A stretch of 63,314 nt of DNA, counting the filler. It is 4 parts of 4 records of this genome, joined end to end, with 100 filler letters (N's around TTAATTAATTAA, not from the genome) between each part and the next. Parts side by side here need not be neighbours in the genome. Positions count along the whole stretch, not along the records: positions 14,481 to 36,848 come from SRR33789315_48; positions 36,949 to 57,241 come from SRR33789315_53; 2 more parts are not named here. One strand, 5' to 3'. This document shows positions 27,518 to 37,539 of this stretch, one piece after another. A program made the translations under genes and the position numbers. The notes under the pieces are model-generated. The model did not search any database, had not been told where the DNA came from, and worked only from the letters and a program-made list of their open reading frames with translations. Position 1 is the stretch's first letter. Every line of letters begins with the position of its first letter.

Positions 27518-28264
27518 ATGAATAAGAAAGCAGTGTTATACCGGATGGTAAGCGACCAACATATTTGTCCCTTTGGTTTACGATCTAAAGAACTGTTAAA
27601 GCGCCAAGGTTACCAGGTTGAGGATCATAAGCTCAGCTCACGAGAAGAAACAGATCAATTTAAAGACCAGCATGATGTTAAAACCACACCGCAAACTTTT
27701 ATAGATGATAGACACATTGGCGGCTATGACGACCTGCGTGAGTATTTCGGAATGAGCAAAGCAGGTCAAAATGGTACAACCTATACACCTGTCATCGCTA
27801 TTTTCAGCTTGGCGGCATTACTAGCCATAGCGATTCAATATGCGTTTCATGCTGCCGTTTTTTCAGTGCGCACCCTATTACTTTTTATCGCACTATCCAT
27901 GGTGATGTTAGCCCTGCAAAAACTCAAAGACTTATTCAGTTTTACCAACTCATTTATCACTTACGACTTACTGGCCATGCGCTATATACCTTATGCTTAC
28001 CTTTATCCCTTTCTCGAAGCCTACGCAGGTATCGGTATGATAGCCAACCTGCCCACCCTGTGGGTTGCACCAGTATCGCTGTTTATAGGCACTGTAGGTG
28101 CAATATCGGTTATCAAAGCCGTGTACATAGACAAACGTGAACTAAAATGCGCCTGTGTGGGTGGAGACAGTAATGTCCCTCTTGGTTTTGTGTCCCTTAT
28201 CGAAAATCTATTTATGATAGGAGGCGGTCTTTTGATGTTAATGATGATGATGATGATGATGTAA
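27518..28264 (+). CDS. Glutaredoxin-like + MauE/DoxX membrane protein
   Basis: CPFG, TTPQTF, IGGYDDL and KCACVGG. Confidence 0.85.
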   Translation: MNKKAVLYRMVSDQHICPFGLRSKELLKRQGYQVEDHKLSSREETDQFKDQHDVKTTPQTFIDDRHIGGYDDLREYFGMSKAGQNGTTYTPVIAIFSLAALLAIAIQYAFHAAVFSVRTLLLFIALSMVMLALQKLKDLFSFTNSFITYDLLAMRYIPYAYLYPFLEAYAGIGMIANLPTLWVAPVSLFIGTVGAISVIKAVYIDKRELKCACVGGDSNVPLGFVSLIENLFMIGGGLLMLMMMMMMM

Positions 28265-28391
28265 AACATCACAAAGAGAAAAATTGATTAAGTAAAATTT
28301 CAAAATGAAAGATCAATGTTGACTCAGATCAAAAATACCTTGCTCCACTCCCTTTAAACTGCATCTGAACTCAGTTAAAAGGTGAATTATC

Positions 28392-28628
28392 ATGAAACAG
28401 AATGTTGGAATTTTAGATACAGCGATCCGTGGAATTATTGCGGTCATTTGCTTAGCTGTAGCCATCCAAGGTTTGTATCCTTTAGCAGTCAATATTGCCC
28501 TTGTCGTGTTTGGCGTATTGCTCTGGACCTCAGCTAGTTTTGGGGTGTGCTTCCTTTACAAAGCACTCGGTATAGATACCTACCCTAATGGTGGACATGG
28601 TTTGTACCAGTATTACCCTAGGCACTAA
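28392..28628 (+). CDS. DUF2892 (YgaP-like) membrane protein
   Basis: NVGxLDxxIR ... GVCFLYKALGIDT. Confidence 0.8.
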   Translation: MKQNVGILDTAIRGIIAVICLAVAIQGLYPLAVNIALVVFGVLLWTSASFGVCFLYKALGIDTYPNGGHGLYQYYPRH

Positions 28629-28678
28629 CATCTTGATACCTTGCCAGAACAGGGTATTCGCAATAGTTAAAAATATTA

Positions 28679-28701
28679 GGCCCAGTCACTAAGACTGGGC
28701 C
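28679..28701. terminator. Hairpin between convergent genes
   Basis: GGCCCAGTC-actaa-GACTGGGCC. Confidence 0.6.
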
Positions 28702-28725
28702 CTCAAACAGCTGATCACACTCCCC

Positions 28726-29532
28726 TTACCACTGCGGTGCGAAATCGGGATCAACCAAGCGTTGTTCAGTATCTAAGCTTGCAATTTTTTCCATCTGTTC
28801 AGCGCTTAAACGCAGCTCACTCGCCAAATAATTACTTTTGATATGTTCAACGTTAGTCGACGCAGGAATAGGAATAATGCCTTGCTGCATTTGCCACGCC
28901 AAGGCAATCGTGGCTGGATTCGTGTTGTGTACTTTGGCGATTTGTTTTAGCACTGGGTCTTCCATTACTTTGCCATTACCCAATGGCATGTATCCTACAA
29001 CAGTGATGCCATTGGCTTGACAATAATTCACTAGCTTCTTGTTTTGAAAGTGAGGATGCACTTCAATTTGGTTGACTGAAATATTTTCTTTGCCAATCAC
29101 CGAAAAAGCTTGTTCAAGCAATGGAATAGTAAAATTCGACACCCCGATAGCCCTTGTATAACCTTTATTTTCGCAATCACATAAGCATTTAAGGTATTCC
29201 TCCATGGATACTTTGTCTTGTGGTGAAGGCCAATGAATAAGTAGTAGATCCACGTAATCCGTACGCAGTCGCTCTAAACTCGCCTTTACGCTATCTTCAA
29301 AATCTTCTTTTGAAAAATGATCAAACCATACTTTAGTGGTTAAAAATAGTTCCTTTCGACCCACCTTTGACTGTTCGATAGCGTCACCCACACCTTCTTC
29401 GTTGCGATAAATTTGAGCGGTATCAACATGCCTAAACCCCGTATCTAGGGCACTATCAATTGCATTCTTAAGTGATTCACCAGACAAGCGGAAAGTACCA
29501 AATCCTGGACTAGGAATATTTACCGTATACAT
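28726..29532 (-). CDS. dkgB: Aldo/keto reductase (2,5-didehydrogluconate reductase DkgB-like)
   Basis: GFGTFRL, DTAQIY, TTKVW, LLIHWP, IGVSNF and NQIEVHP. Confidence 0.8.
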   Translation of the reverse strand: MYTVNIPSPGFGTFRLSGESLKNAIDSALDTGFRHVDTAQIYRNEEGVGDAIEQSKVGRKELFLTTKVWFDHFSKEDFEDSVKASLERLRTDYVDLLLIHWPSPQDKVSMEEYLKCLCDCENKGYTRAIGVSNFTIPLLEQAFSVIGKENISVNQIEVHPHFQNKKLVNYCQANGITVVGYMPLGNGKVMEDPVLKQIAKVHNTNPATIALAWQMQQGIIPIPASTNVEHIKSNYLASELRLSAEQMEKIASLDTEQRLVDPDFAPQW

Positions 29533-29926
29533 ACTAGGATCTCCTTTGTAGCAAAAAGAAGAATGATGAAAGTTTAATGCCAAGATTAATACCTGCTATT
29601 TAAAAGGGAATAGCCACTCCTCTCTAGTGACGCATTGCTCATTAACCACTGGACTCATTCTGAGTGCCTATTTATTTAATAGGGTTGATATAAGACATTG
29701 ATAAATATTTTTTTAAATTACCTTACTTGAGAGTATGTAACTCTTGCAAACAATACATAAGAATTACATTCACCGAATGGACTGCCATAACCTAGTTCCT
29801 TTTAACAAAGGCCCTCTTGATTAAGAATTAACTCAACATAACAAACTCAAGGTATATGATAAATAAATGTAACCATTCCACGTGCTGCATTGTCTTTACT
29901 ACAATAGCCGGACGTATAAGGACATT

Positions 29927-30478
29927 ATGTATTCCTCGAAAGGATTTAATCAGGTATTAAGCGTAGAGTGTTTAATTCAGGCAAAGCGTAAAACGCCAGA
30001 GGCGCTGAAACATCTATATAAATGTTATGCGAACGCTTGCTATACGACAGCTTATCGACTCAGTGGCAATGCGTCGCTTGCCACCGACATCACTCACGAC
30101 GCATTTCTGGTGATATTCGAAAAGCTAAATACATTTGTTGGTAGTCCAGAACAATTTGGTGGCTGGCTGAAACGTATTGTGGTGAATAAAACGATTAACC
30201 GTTTGAAATTCGACATGCGTTTTGTTGAAGAAGAGCAAGTTTCTGATAGACAAAGCCCCTTGTTTAATAGTCAGTGGCTCGATGTATCTCTAGATTTAGA
30301 GCGATTACTTGAACAGTTATCCAAGCAACAACGGACTGTTTTATGGCTGTATGAAGTTGAAGGCTATAGCCATTCTGAGATCGCCACTATGTTTGATAAA
30401 TCAGTCAGTTTTTCCAAAGTAACGCTATTGCGTGCTTACCGTTCTTTACGCATATTAGCCGAGGCAACCCATGAATAA
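29927..30478 (+). CDS. ECF sigma factor
   Basis: Region 2 (DITHDAF, FGGWLKRIVVN) and region 4 (EGYSHSEIA). Confidence 0.88.
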   Translation: MYSSKGFNQVLSVECLIQAKRKTPEALKHLYKCYANACYTTAYRLSGNASLATDITHDAFLVIFEKLNTFVGSPEQFGGWLKRIVVNKTINRLKFDMRFVEEEQVSDRQSPLFNSQWLDVSLDLERLLEQLSKQQRTVLWLYEVEGYSHSEIATMFDKSVSFSKVTLLRAYRSLRILAEATHE

Positions 30479-31055
30479 ACATTTAACTGTTCAACAATTA
30501 ATCGAATTTGATGAGCATGCCCACAGCCACATACTGAGCTGTGATCAATGTCGAGATAACCTACAACATCTCACTCAGATCCGCAGTAGATTACATGAAA
30601 TGCCGTTGTTAGTTGCCCCTGCTGCCCTTGAGCTGCAAATCGACGTTTATTTGCAAAACCAAAGCACATCACTAAATCCTCAAGCGTCAAGCTACAAAAA
30701 GACCTTTGCTTGGCAAACCGCTTACCTTGCAATGGCTGCTTCGGTGGTCGTCATAGTGGCAATTAGTGGGTGGCGTATCACAGCGCCTGATAAGGAAAAC
30801 GTCTACACAGAGTTAGCGCAAATGATCGACAAAAACAATCAATTGTTTGATCAACAAACAAATGAAGTGACCAACACCATTGGGTTTATTGATTTACAAC
30901 TTGATGATGAGCTAACTGCACTCGATGCAAAGATACAAAACGCCTATTTAAACCATGCCTCGGCACAACAAAAACTAAGATTATGGGAACAACGGTATCA
31001 GTTGCTTAGCAAAATCAAACAATCTCAACTTGCTTCGAATCGCCACAAAATTTAA
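30471..31055 (+). CDS. Putative ZAS-type anti-sigma factor
   Basis: HxxxCxxC (HILSCDQC), one TM segment, and overlap with the sigma gene stop. Confidence 0.8.
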   Translation: MNKHLTVQQLIEFDEHAHSHILSCDQCRDNLQHLTQIRSRLHEMPLLVAPAALELQIDVYLQNQSTSLNPQASSYKKTFAWQTAYLAMAASVVVIVAISGWRITAPDKENVYTELAQMIDKNNQLFDQQTNEVTNTIGFIDLQLDDELTALDAKIQNAYLNHASAQQKLRLWEQRYQLLSKIKQSQLASNRHKI

Positions 31056-31065
31056 GGAAAATGAC

Positions 31066-32985
31066 ATGTATAAACTCGTCACATTCGTATTGTTGTTAAG
31101 TTGCACCGGGCTAGGGGCGCAAACTCTAAGCTCTGAATCGCAGCAGAGCATAGAAAACCTCAAAAAAGAATTACAAACTGAATTTGCTCATATTATCTCA
31201 CAAGCAAATGAGCAAAATATTCCTTTATCAGCACTGAGATACACTATAAGTCGTCCCAAACATGACTCAGCTTACCTAGGTATTATTTTCGAGCCCCATG
31301 AAGATGGGCTAAAAATTCTATCCATTAGACCCAACAGTGCTGCTGCAATAGCTAATCTAAAAGTAGGTATGATCATTACCCACATTAATGGTCTATCGGT
31401 AACATCCCAGAGCAGTAAAAGCACTAGCGAACTGTTTAGCAACAGGTTGCGGGCAGTTGATAGCCTAATACTCAAGTTCAAAGAGTTTGACGCACCACTA
31501 ACGCTGGATATGATGGGCGCAGCACGAAATAGACCACCTTACCGTTTGGCAATCAGTACAAACATGCCACGTAGCCCGGTCCCCCCTGAAATGCGAAAAA
31601 ACCTGCAAACATTAACCGCTGGGCTAATTAATATAATTACTCAAAGACTGGTTAATATTGTTGAATATGAAACGGCCAAAGATGACAACGTCGACATGAT
31701 TAACTTCGAGCTAGCAGATAGCGTAGAAGAGTCCCTCTCTTACCAATTAACCGTAGGAGACTATCCTGACTCTCCTTACCGACTACCCCAACATGATTAT
31801 TTTGCTGATGGACGGATCCCACATCTTGAGCCTTGTGGTAGTGAACAGTGCCGCAAACTCTTTATCAATTATATGGCTATCCGTCGCAGTAAGGAATCAG
31901 GAGCCTTATGGCAATTACGCGGAGCTCAATTCTCTGCAGCCGGTTATGGCACTGAGCAAAGGGTCAGAATGGCAAAGGAACAATTCAATATGATTGCTAA
32001 GTTTACTGATTTGCCCTACGCCAATGCCATGGTCGGCAAATTAGCTCTGGAACATTCCAATGAGCCTATTAGTGCATCGGTATATTTACGTCGTGCCGTT
32101 GCTGGTGAGCAAGCTGATCCAGAAGCTCTTCGCCTACTAAGCAGTATTTATGCTAATCCAGATTTTGGTGTCATTATGCCAGAGGAAGCGACCCGCTATC
32201 AGCAATTGGCAGAAAAATACCCTTTACCTACTTTTAGCCTGCCAGCAGAAGAATTTTTGGCCCGCGAACTTGCGCTCTATCCAGAATTTAGTAGTGATTT
32301 TGAAAAGAGGTACCGGCCATCGACTCGGCCAAGAAATGAAGTTATTACCTTACGAGGCAGCGCAGGAATATATCCTTATTTAGTGCTAAAAGACTTACCA
32401 AACTGTCAAACAAAGCTGTGTCAACATCACTTTAAAACGCACTTTATCTTAGATCGGTCTACATCCAATCAAGTGGTATCTCAAATGAGATTGGGAGAGA
32501 TGTATAAGGCGGGTTATGGTGTAGAACAAAATCTGCTGAGAGCCATTTCCTACTTTGAAGATGCCGCACGAGCAAATATCCCTTACGCACAGTATCAAAT
32601 GGCTATTATCGCATTTCAACTAAACGAAAAAATTGACTATGCCAAGTTAATGTTAGAGCGTGCTGCTAATGCGGGTTATCGCCCCGCAATGGTTACACTG
32701 CGGTTTCAATACATAAGGGGTGAGCATAGAGAAAAAGACCCAATCCAAGCTGACTTTTGGGAAAAGCGCTATCAAGCTGTTAATGAGGTTGAAAAAAATG
32801 TACCCCAGCCGAGTGACGAAGTTAGTCCCTCGGAGCGCATAGTAGGGAAATTAGAACACTATTTGATTGATCTGGACGAGTTGTTTGATGCAGAATCACG
32901 AGTATTGGGTAGTAGAGCATCGAACTACGTCGATGGTCGAGTATTTGAATTACCACTCACCTTTAACGATGCACCACCACAATGA
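31066..32985 (+). CDS. Exported PDZ-domain + Sel1-like repeat protein
   Basis: Signal peptide, PDZ (YLGIIF...SAAAIANLKVGMIITHING) and Sel1 repeats (LGEMYKAGYGVEQN...A..YF..AA). Confidence 0.8.
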   Translation: MYKLVTFVLLLSCTGLGAQTLSSESQQSIENLKKELQTEFAHIISQANEQNIPLSALRYTISRPKHDSAYLGIIFEPHEDGLKILSIRPNSAAAIANLKVGMIITHINGLSVTSQSSKSTSELFSNRLRAVDSLILKFKEFDAPLTLDMMGAARNRPPYRLAISTNMPRSPVPPEMRKNLQTLTAGLINIITQRLVNIVEYETAKDDNVDMINFELADSVEESLSYQLTVGDYPDSPYRLPQHDYFADGRIPHLEPCGSEQCRKLFINYMAIRRSKESGALWQLRGAQFSAAGYGTEQRVRMAKEQFNMIAKFTDLPYANAMVGKLALEHSNEPISASVYLRRAVAGEQADPEALRLLSSIYANPDFGVIMPEEATRYQQLAEKYPLPTFSLPAEEFLARELALYPEFSSDFEKRYRPSTRPRNEVITLRGSAGIYPYLVLKDLPNCQTKLCQHHFKTHFILDRSTSNQVVSQMRLGEMYKAGYGVEQNLLRAISYFEDAARANIPYAQYQMAIIAFQLNEKIDYAKLMLERAANAGYRPAMVTLRFQYIRGEHREKDPIQADFWEKRYQAVNEVEKNVPQPSDEVSPSERIVGKLEHYLIDLDELFDAESRVLGSRASNYVDGRVFELPLTFNDAPPQ

Positions 32986-33038
32986 ACGCATAGCAGGTTT
33001 GTTAAAAACAGATCTGCTGCTTTTGTGTCGATGCTATT

Positions 33039-33072
33039 ATACCAATGAGTAGTGACAACTACTCATTGGTAT
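33039..33072. repeat. Perfect 15-bp inverted repeat between convergent genes
   Basis: ATACCAATGAGTAGT-gaca-ACTACTCATTGGTAT. Confidence 0.85.
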
Positions 33073-33099
33073 TACAAAACCAGCCTTATTAATCAGTGA

Positions 33100-34257
33100 T
33101 TACTCCATCGGCTCTAGTTTTAACAAACGTCCGCCAGTGCCATCTTCTAACACATAGATTGCGCCCTCAGGGCCTTGCTCAACTTCACGTATGCGCTTTC
33201 CCCATTCATAACGTGCCGCTTCTTTGGGTGTTTGTTTTTCACCTCGGTTATCAAGGTCAAGATCAACTCTTATTAATGCCTTGGATGACAAGCCACCAAT
33301 GAAAGCTTGTCCCTTCCAGTCAGCAAAATCTTGCCCGTGGTAAATCATTAAACCCGCTGGGCTAATAGCCGGTACCCAAGCGATGTCGGGAGCCTGAAAT
33401 ATTGGCATAGCAGCGTGATTGAGGATTTTAGTGCCGTTGTAATGGTTTCCTTCTGACACAAAAGGATAGCCATAATTAGTCGCACGGATAATACGATTTA
33501 ATTCATCACCACCAAATGGCCCCATTTCATGCGTCCAAAGGGTACCTTGATTATCAAAGGCAATACCTAAGGGGTTGCGATGACCCAGCGACCAAACCTG
33601 ATCTGCTACTTTGCCATTGCCCACAAAGGGATTATCTGCAGGAATGCTACCATCCCAATTCAGGCGAATAACCTTCCCTAAGTTCATGGCCATATTTTGG
33701 GCGGGATTAAACTTTTGTCTATCACCTGAAGTAATAAATAAGTAGCCATCGGGAGAGTGGGCAAGTCGATGACTATAATGGCCATTACCGGTCATTTTCG
33801 GACTTTGTGTCCAAATAATCGCACGTTCAGATAAGTTCGCCTGATCAGCCGATAGACTCAGTTTTGCTCGTTCAACCACAGCACCGCTCAAACTGTCATC
33901 ATTTTTGTCGCGCTCAACATAAGACAAAAACACTGCGCCTGATGTGGCAAAATCATTGGCGAGTATGATGTCTCCCATACCACCTTGACCACGCATATTG
34001 ACCTTAGGTGACAGGGCTACCTGTGATAGTTTTTGCCCGCTTTGACTCAACAGCCAAATTTCACCACTTTTTTCCGTCACCAGTGCCCGGCCATCAGGTA
34101 AAAAGGTCATTGCCCACGCGCTGTCAAATACCGCTAGTGGAGTTGCATGTAATTTAATTCCGTCATTACCTTCAATAGTAAAAGCAGCGCTCTGTGCTAA
34201 CGCCCCCTTCGAGGTAGCGAAAATAATGAACAAGAAAGCCGTCAATAGTCTTTTCAT
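33100..34257 (-). CDS. PQQ-dependent glucose/sorbosone dehydrogenase (YliI-like)
   Basis: WAMTFLPDG, GQGG, GHRNPLG, EMGPFGGDELN and NYGYP. Confidence 0.88.
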   Translation of the reverse strand: MKRLLTAFLFIIFATSKGALAQSAAFTIEGNDGIKLHATPLAVFDSAWAMTFLPDGRALVTEKSGEIWLLSQSGQKLSQVALSPKVNMRGQGGMGDIILANDFATSGAVFLSYVERDKNDDSLSGAVVERAKLSLSADQANLSERAIIWTQSPKMTGNGHYSHRLAHSPDGYLFITSGDRQKFNPAQNMAMNLGKVIRLNWDGSIPADNPFVGNGKVADQVWSLGHRNPLGIAFDNQGTLWTHEMGPFGGDELNRIIRATNYGYPFVSEGNHYNGTKILNHAAMPIFQAPDIAWVPAISPAGLMIYHGQDFADWKGQAFIGGLSSKALIRVDLDLDNRGEKQTPKEAARYEWGKRIREVEQGPEGAIYVLEDGTGGRLLKLEPME

Positions 34258-34364
34258 AAGTCAGTTTCCTTTTTATTTTGTTACTAGTTGTTTACGCAAA
34301 AAGCAGAAATTCGATCAGGTTTTAACCGTATCTGAATCGCTACAGCAACTTTTTTCAAGTCGTA

Positions 34365-34389
34365 AAAAAAGGCTGTAATCAGCCTTTTT
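34365..34389 (-). terminator. Rho-independent terminator
   Basis: AAAAAAGGCT-gtaatc-AGCCTTTTT. Confidence 0.7.
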
Positions 34390-34420
34390 ATGTCATTGCT
34401 TAAATTTTGCTGTTGCAAAA

Positions 34421-34615
34421 TTAACAGTCGGTGTCTTTCGCTCCAGCACCTTCTTTTACTTCCTCGCAAGCATCTTCGACAGCATTGCCCGCATCAGTAA
34501 CCATCTCATCAACTTTTTCACCTGCTTCTTCAGCATCATTGTCGCTACAAGCAGCAACCAATGTAAGTGAACTAAAAATCATGGCTAAAAGAGTCAGCTT
34601 TTTTAATGAATTCAT
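34421..34615 (-). CDS. Small acidic lipoprotein
   Basis: Lipobox VAAC; AEEAGEKVDE...VEDACE. Confidence 0.8.
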   Translation of the reverse strand: MNSLKKLTLLAMIFSSLTLVAACSDNDAEEAGEKVDEMVTDAGNAVEDACEEVKEGAGAKDTDC

Positions 34616-34663
34616 ATTAAATCTCCGTATTACTGTTAATATTATTTTTTGTGTTGTAGGACT

Positions 34664-34834
34664 CTAAACACTCTTTCCGCGGAATGCGTTTCCTAACAAA
34701 GAAAGAACTAATAAAAGTAAAAACACAAAAAATACGATTTTCGCAATTCCTGCTGCTGCGCCAGCTATACCGCCAAAACCTAATACACCAGCCAAGATAG
34801 CAACGATTAAAAAAATGAGTACCCAACGTAACAT
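34664..34834 (-). CDS. ytjA: DUF1328/UPF0391 small membrane protein (absent from the ORF track)
   Basis: Manual translation: [65 protein letters not shown]. Confidence 0.9.
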   Translation of the reverse strand: MLRWVLIFLIVAILAGVLGFGGIAGAAAGIAKIVFFVFLLLLVLSLLGNAFRGKSV

Positions 34835-34893
34835 AATATTCTCCTTAGTAATTTTAGACTTTATATTTAATTAGTTAACTCGATTTAACTTAA

Positions 34894-34938
34894 TGCGCCA
34901 TTCATGCCAACTTAATAAAAAACAATAAGTATTTGATT
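34894..34938 (-). promoter_or_regulatory. Sigma54-type promoter with an upstream IHF consensus site
   Basis: TGGCATGAATGGCGCA at 34894-34909; AATCAAATACTTA at 34926-34938 matches WATCAA-N4-TTR. Confidence 0.6.
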
Positions 34939-35334
34939 TTAAAGAGTTTTAAATAAAATTATTAATGACCTGCTAAGAATAAGTAAAAAAACGGTGAAAT
35001 ATTTACACTTTGAAATGGAACAAATTGCAGGCTAAACATCTTTGTCGCCATAAGTCATTTAAACACGCTCGAACAGAACGAGTTCACACATGCCTGACAG
35101 TCTTTTTTCTCACATCAATAATGGATAACGCAGTTTGAAGGGCTTAATATGAGCTTACTCCCGATACAGCAAGCACATCCAACTAAAATTCTAGTTTCTG
35201 ATTGTAATAATTGTCGCGAGTGGTAACTCATTCAACAACAAGACGGCTCAGCCCCAAGGATCCAAGCCACTATTTTACATTATATTAGGTATTAATTTAT
35301 GCAAAATATTAAATCGATGAAGAACTGCCCATTC

Positions 35335-36318
35335 CTAGGCTTTAGTTTCATCCATCTTGTCCTTATTTTTTTTTAAATCTTTGGGAATTGTATCAGCCAC
35401 AAAAGCTCCCCGTTGACCCATAGGTTTTTCGCGCCCCCCTGTGCTGTCTCGGGTAGTTTGATGTTCCATCGCGGCATTAAATTCAGCTCCCAAAAGAATG
35501 ATGTAGGCACTTAGATAGAACCACATCAATAACACGACTACCCCTCCCAGTGAGCCATAAGTTTTATCGTATTGAGCAAACTGCGAAAGATAGATTGAAA
35601 AACCAAATGAAAATAAAATCCACAACAGGCTAGCAACAATCGAACCTGGGGTTACCCAACGCCATTTTGCCAGATGTCGATAGGGACCCAAGCGATAAAA
35701 TGTGGCTAATGCAAGATTAAATATTACTGCTAGAAATGGCCAAGCTAACCACTGAACCAGCGATGCGCCGTAGTTTTTCAAACCAAGATAAGAAAAAAAT
35801 ACCGGCATTAAGGCAATGCTAAATAAGGTCAATGACAACAACAACACCGCGCCGAATGTAAAACACACACGCATTAACATATTCATTAAAAAGCCGCGGT
35901 TGTGTTTTTGTCCATAGGTAATATTGCATGCCGTTATCATGGCTTGCGCACCTTTACTGGCACTCCACACGGCAAATAAGGTACTAATAATAGCCCCCGT
36001 TCCTAAGGCAGTATGGGATTTGTTAATGATCAGGCCCACTTGGGTTTGAATGATGTCTCGACCTTGCTCAGGAATAATGCCAATTAATAGGGATAACTGC
36101 TGTTGTAATTGCTCTGGCGATACCATCAAGCCATAAACTGAAATAACCGCAGCCAACATCGGAAATACGGCCAACAGAAAATAAAAGCCAACCCCTGCGG
36201 CAATCAGCGACAGATTGTCGTCGAGCATATTTTTCACGGTGCGTTGTAAAATATCCCACCATCCTCGCCAAGGAACCTCTCGTGGTGTATTGGCATTTTG
36301 ACCTCGTGTAGTCGTCAC
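35335..36318 (-). CDS. YihY/virulence factor BrkB family membrane protein
   Basis: AAGVGFYFLLAVFP, PGSIVA, YGSLGGVVVLLMWFY and GAEFNA. Confidence 0.9.
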   Translation of the reverse strand: MTTTRGQNANTPREVPWRGWWDILQRTVKNMLDDNLSLIAAGVGFYFLLAVFPMLAAVISVYGLMVSPEQLQQQLSLLIGIIPEQGRDIIQTQVGLIINKSHTALGTGAIISTLFAVWSASKGAQAMITACNITYGQKHNRGFLMNMLMRVCFTFGAVLLLSLTLFSIALMPVFFSYLGLKNYGASLVQWLAWPFLAVIFNLALATFYRLGPYRHLAKWRWVTPGSIVASLLWILFSFGFSIYLSQFAQYDKTYGSLGGVVVLLMWFYLSAYIILLGAEFNAAMEHQTTRDSTGGREKPMGQRGAFVADTIPKDLKKNKDKMDETKA

Positions 36319-36535
36319 TGGGTAGTCCCTGTAGTATGTTGATATACTTTTGCATTGTTATATCTAAAGGCATTCAACATCAATTTCCTTCATATATAAT
36401 GGTGTATTTAGCACTGCGATTAACACAAAGTACTGATCAATAATTTTACCAACCTTCCTCGTGCAAGAGCTTAGATTCAATAATGAGACTACAAGGACTA
36501 TGCCATTACTTTGGACTTTAGTTTTATAACAATAT

Positions 36536-36571
36536 CCTTGGAGTAGAAATTTAAAAATTTCTACTCCAAGG
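36536..36571. repeat. Perfect 17-bp inverted repeat
   Basis: CCTTGGAGTAGAAATTT-aa-AAATTTCTACTCCAAGG. Confidence 0.85.
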
Positions 36572-36848
36572 TGGTATCAGCAACACATTGAGTTTTCTAC
36601 CTATGCAGGATTAATTGTTGGTGAGCAGGTCTATCAAACGTGGAGGAGCATTAAAGCCAAGGCAGAATCAAGAATATATTGCTGACTCTTTGACCCCTGA
36701 CGTACTAAGTACAAATAAGTCATTTTCATTAAGCATAACTTAACAGCGCCATCCAGTTTATAAATATACAAGACTTAGTAATACCTGTTTGCTTAACTGG
36801 TTGTTGTAACTTTGTTTAAATTAACCTGAGATCTGGTTAAGCCAGCAT

Positions 36849-36948
36849 NNNNNNNNNNNNNNNNNNNNNNNNNNNNNNNNNNNNNNNNNNNNTTAATTAA
36901 TTAANNNNNNNNNNNNNNNNNNNNNNNNNNNNNNNNNNNNNNNNNNNN
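36849..36948. other. Artificial contig linker
   Basis: N run containing TTAATTAATTAA. Confidence 0.98.
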
Positions 36949-36949
36949 C

Positions 36950-37528
36950 GATATATACAGTCACCAAGCCAGAATCGTCTTGGCTGAAAAAGGTGTAGGT
37001 GTTGAAATTTGTTATACCGATCCAAACAATTTACCTGAAGATCTGATTGATCTAAACCCCTATGGCACAGTGCCTACGCTCGTAGATAGAGAATTAGTGT
37101 TGTACAACTCGCATATTATTATGGAGTATTTGGACGAACGTTTCCCTCATCCCCCGTTAATGCCCGTGTATCCAGTATCTCGCGGTCAAAGTCGTTTGAC
37201 TATGCACAGAATACAAACTAATTGGTATGTTCTGGCAGAACAAATTTTACAAGGTAAAGGCGATGTAGAAGCGGCACGTAATGAACTACGTGAAGCGTTA
37301 CTCAGCCTTGCTCCTTTATTTGCTGAAACGCCGTTTTTTATGAGTGAAGAGTTCAGTTTAGTTGATTGTTATTTAGCTCCTTTGTTATGGCGTTTACCTG
37401 CCCTTAAAATTGAACTAACTGGCAACGGCAGTAAAGATGTTCGTGCTTATATGAAGCGTATTTTCGAGCGTAGTTCGTTCAAAGCGTCTTTAACCGATCA
37501 AGAACGTGAAATTCATAATCCATTGTAA
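36950..37528 (+). CDS. sspA: Stringent starvation protein A (5' end cut by the gap)
   Basis: DIYSHQARIVLAEKGV, NPYGTVPTLVDRELVLY and YLDERFPHPPLMPVYP. Confidence 0.95.
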   Translation, partial: DIYSHQARIVLAEKGVGVEICYTDPNNLPEDLIDLNPYGTVPTLVDRELVLYNSHIIMEYLDERFPHPPLMPVYPVSRGQSRLTMHRIQTNWYVLAEQILQGKGDVEAARNELREALLSLAPLFAETPFFMSEEFSLVDCYLAPLLWRLPALKIELTGNGSKDVRAYMKRIFERSSFKASLTDQEREIHNPL

Positions 37529-37539
37529 GTTGTAAGACT

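Noticed and set aside
34617-34826. 69-aa ORF from the track
   Set aside because: Wrong frame; the real gene is DUF1328 at 34664-34834.
36553-36575. AATTTCTACT resembling a Cas12a direct repeat
   Set aside because: Single occurrence, lacks the GTAGAT partner, and is simply one arm of a palindrome.
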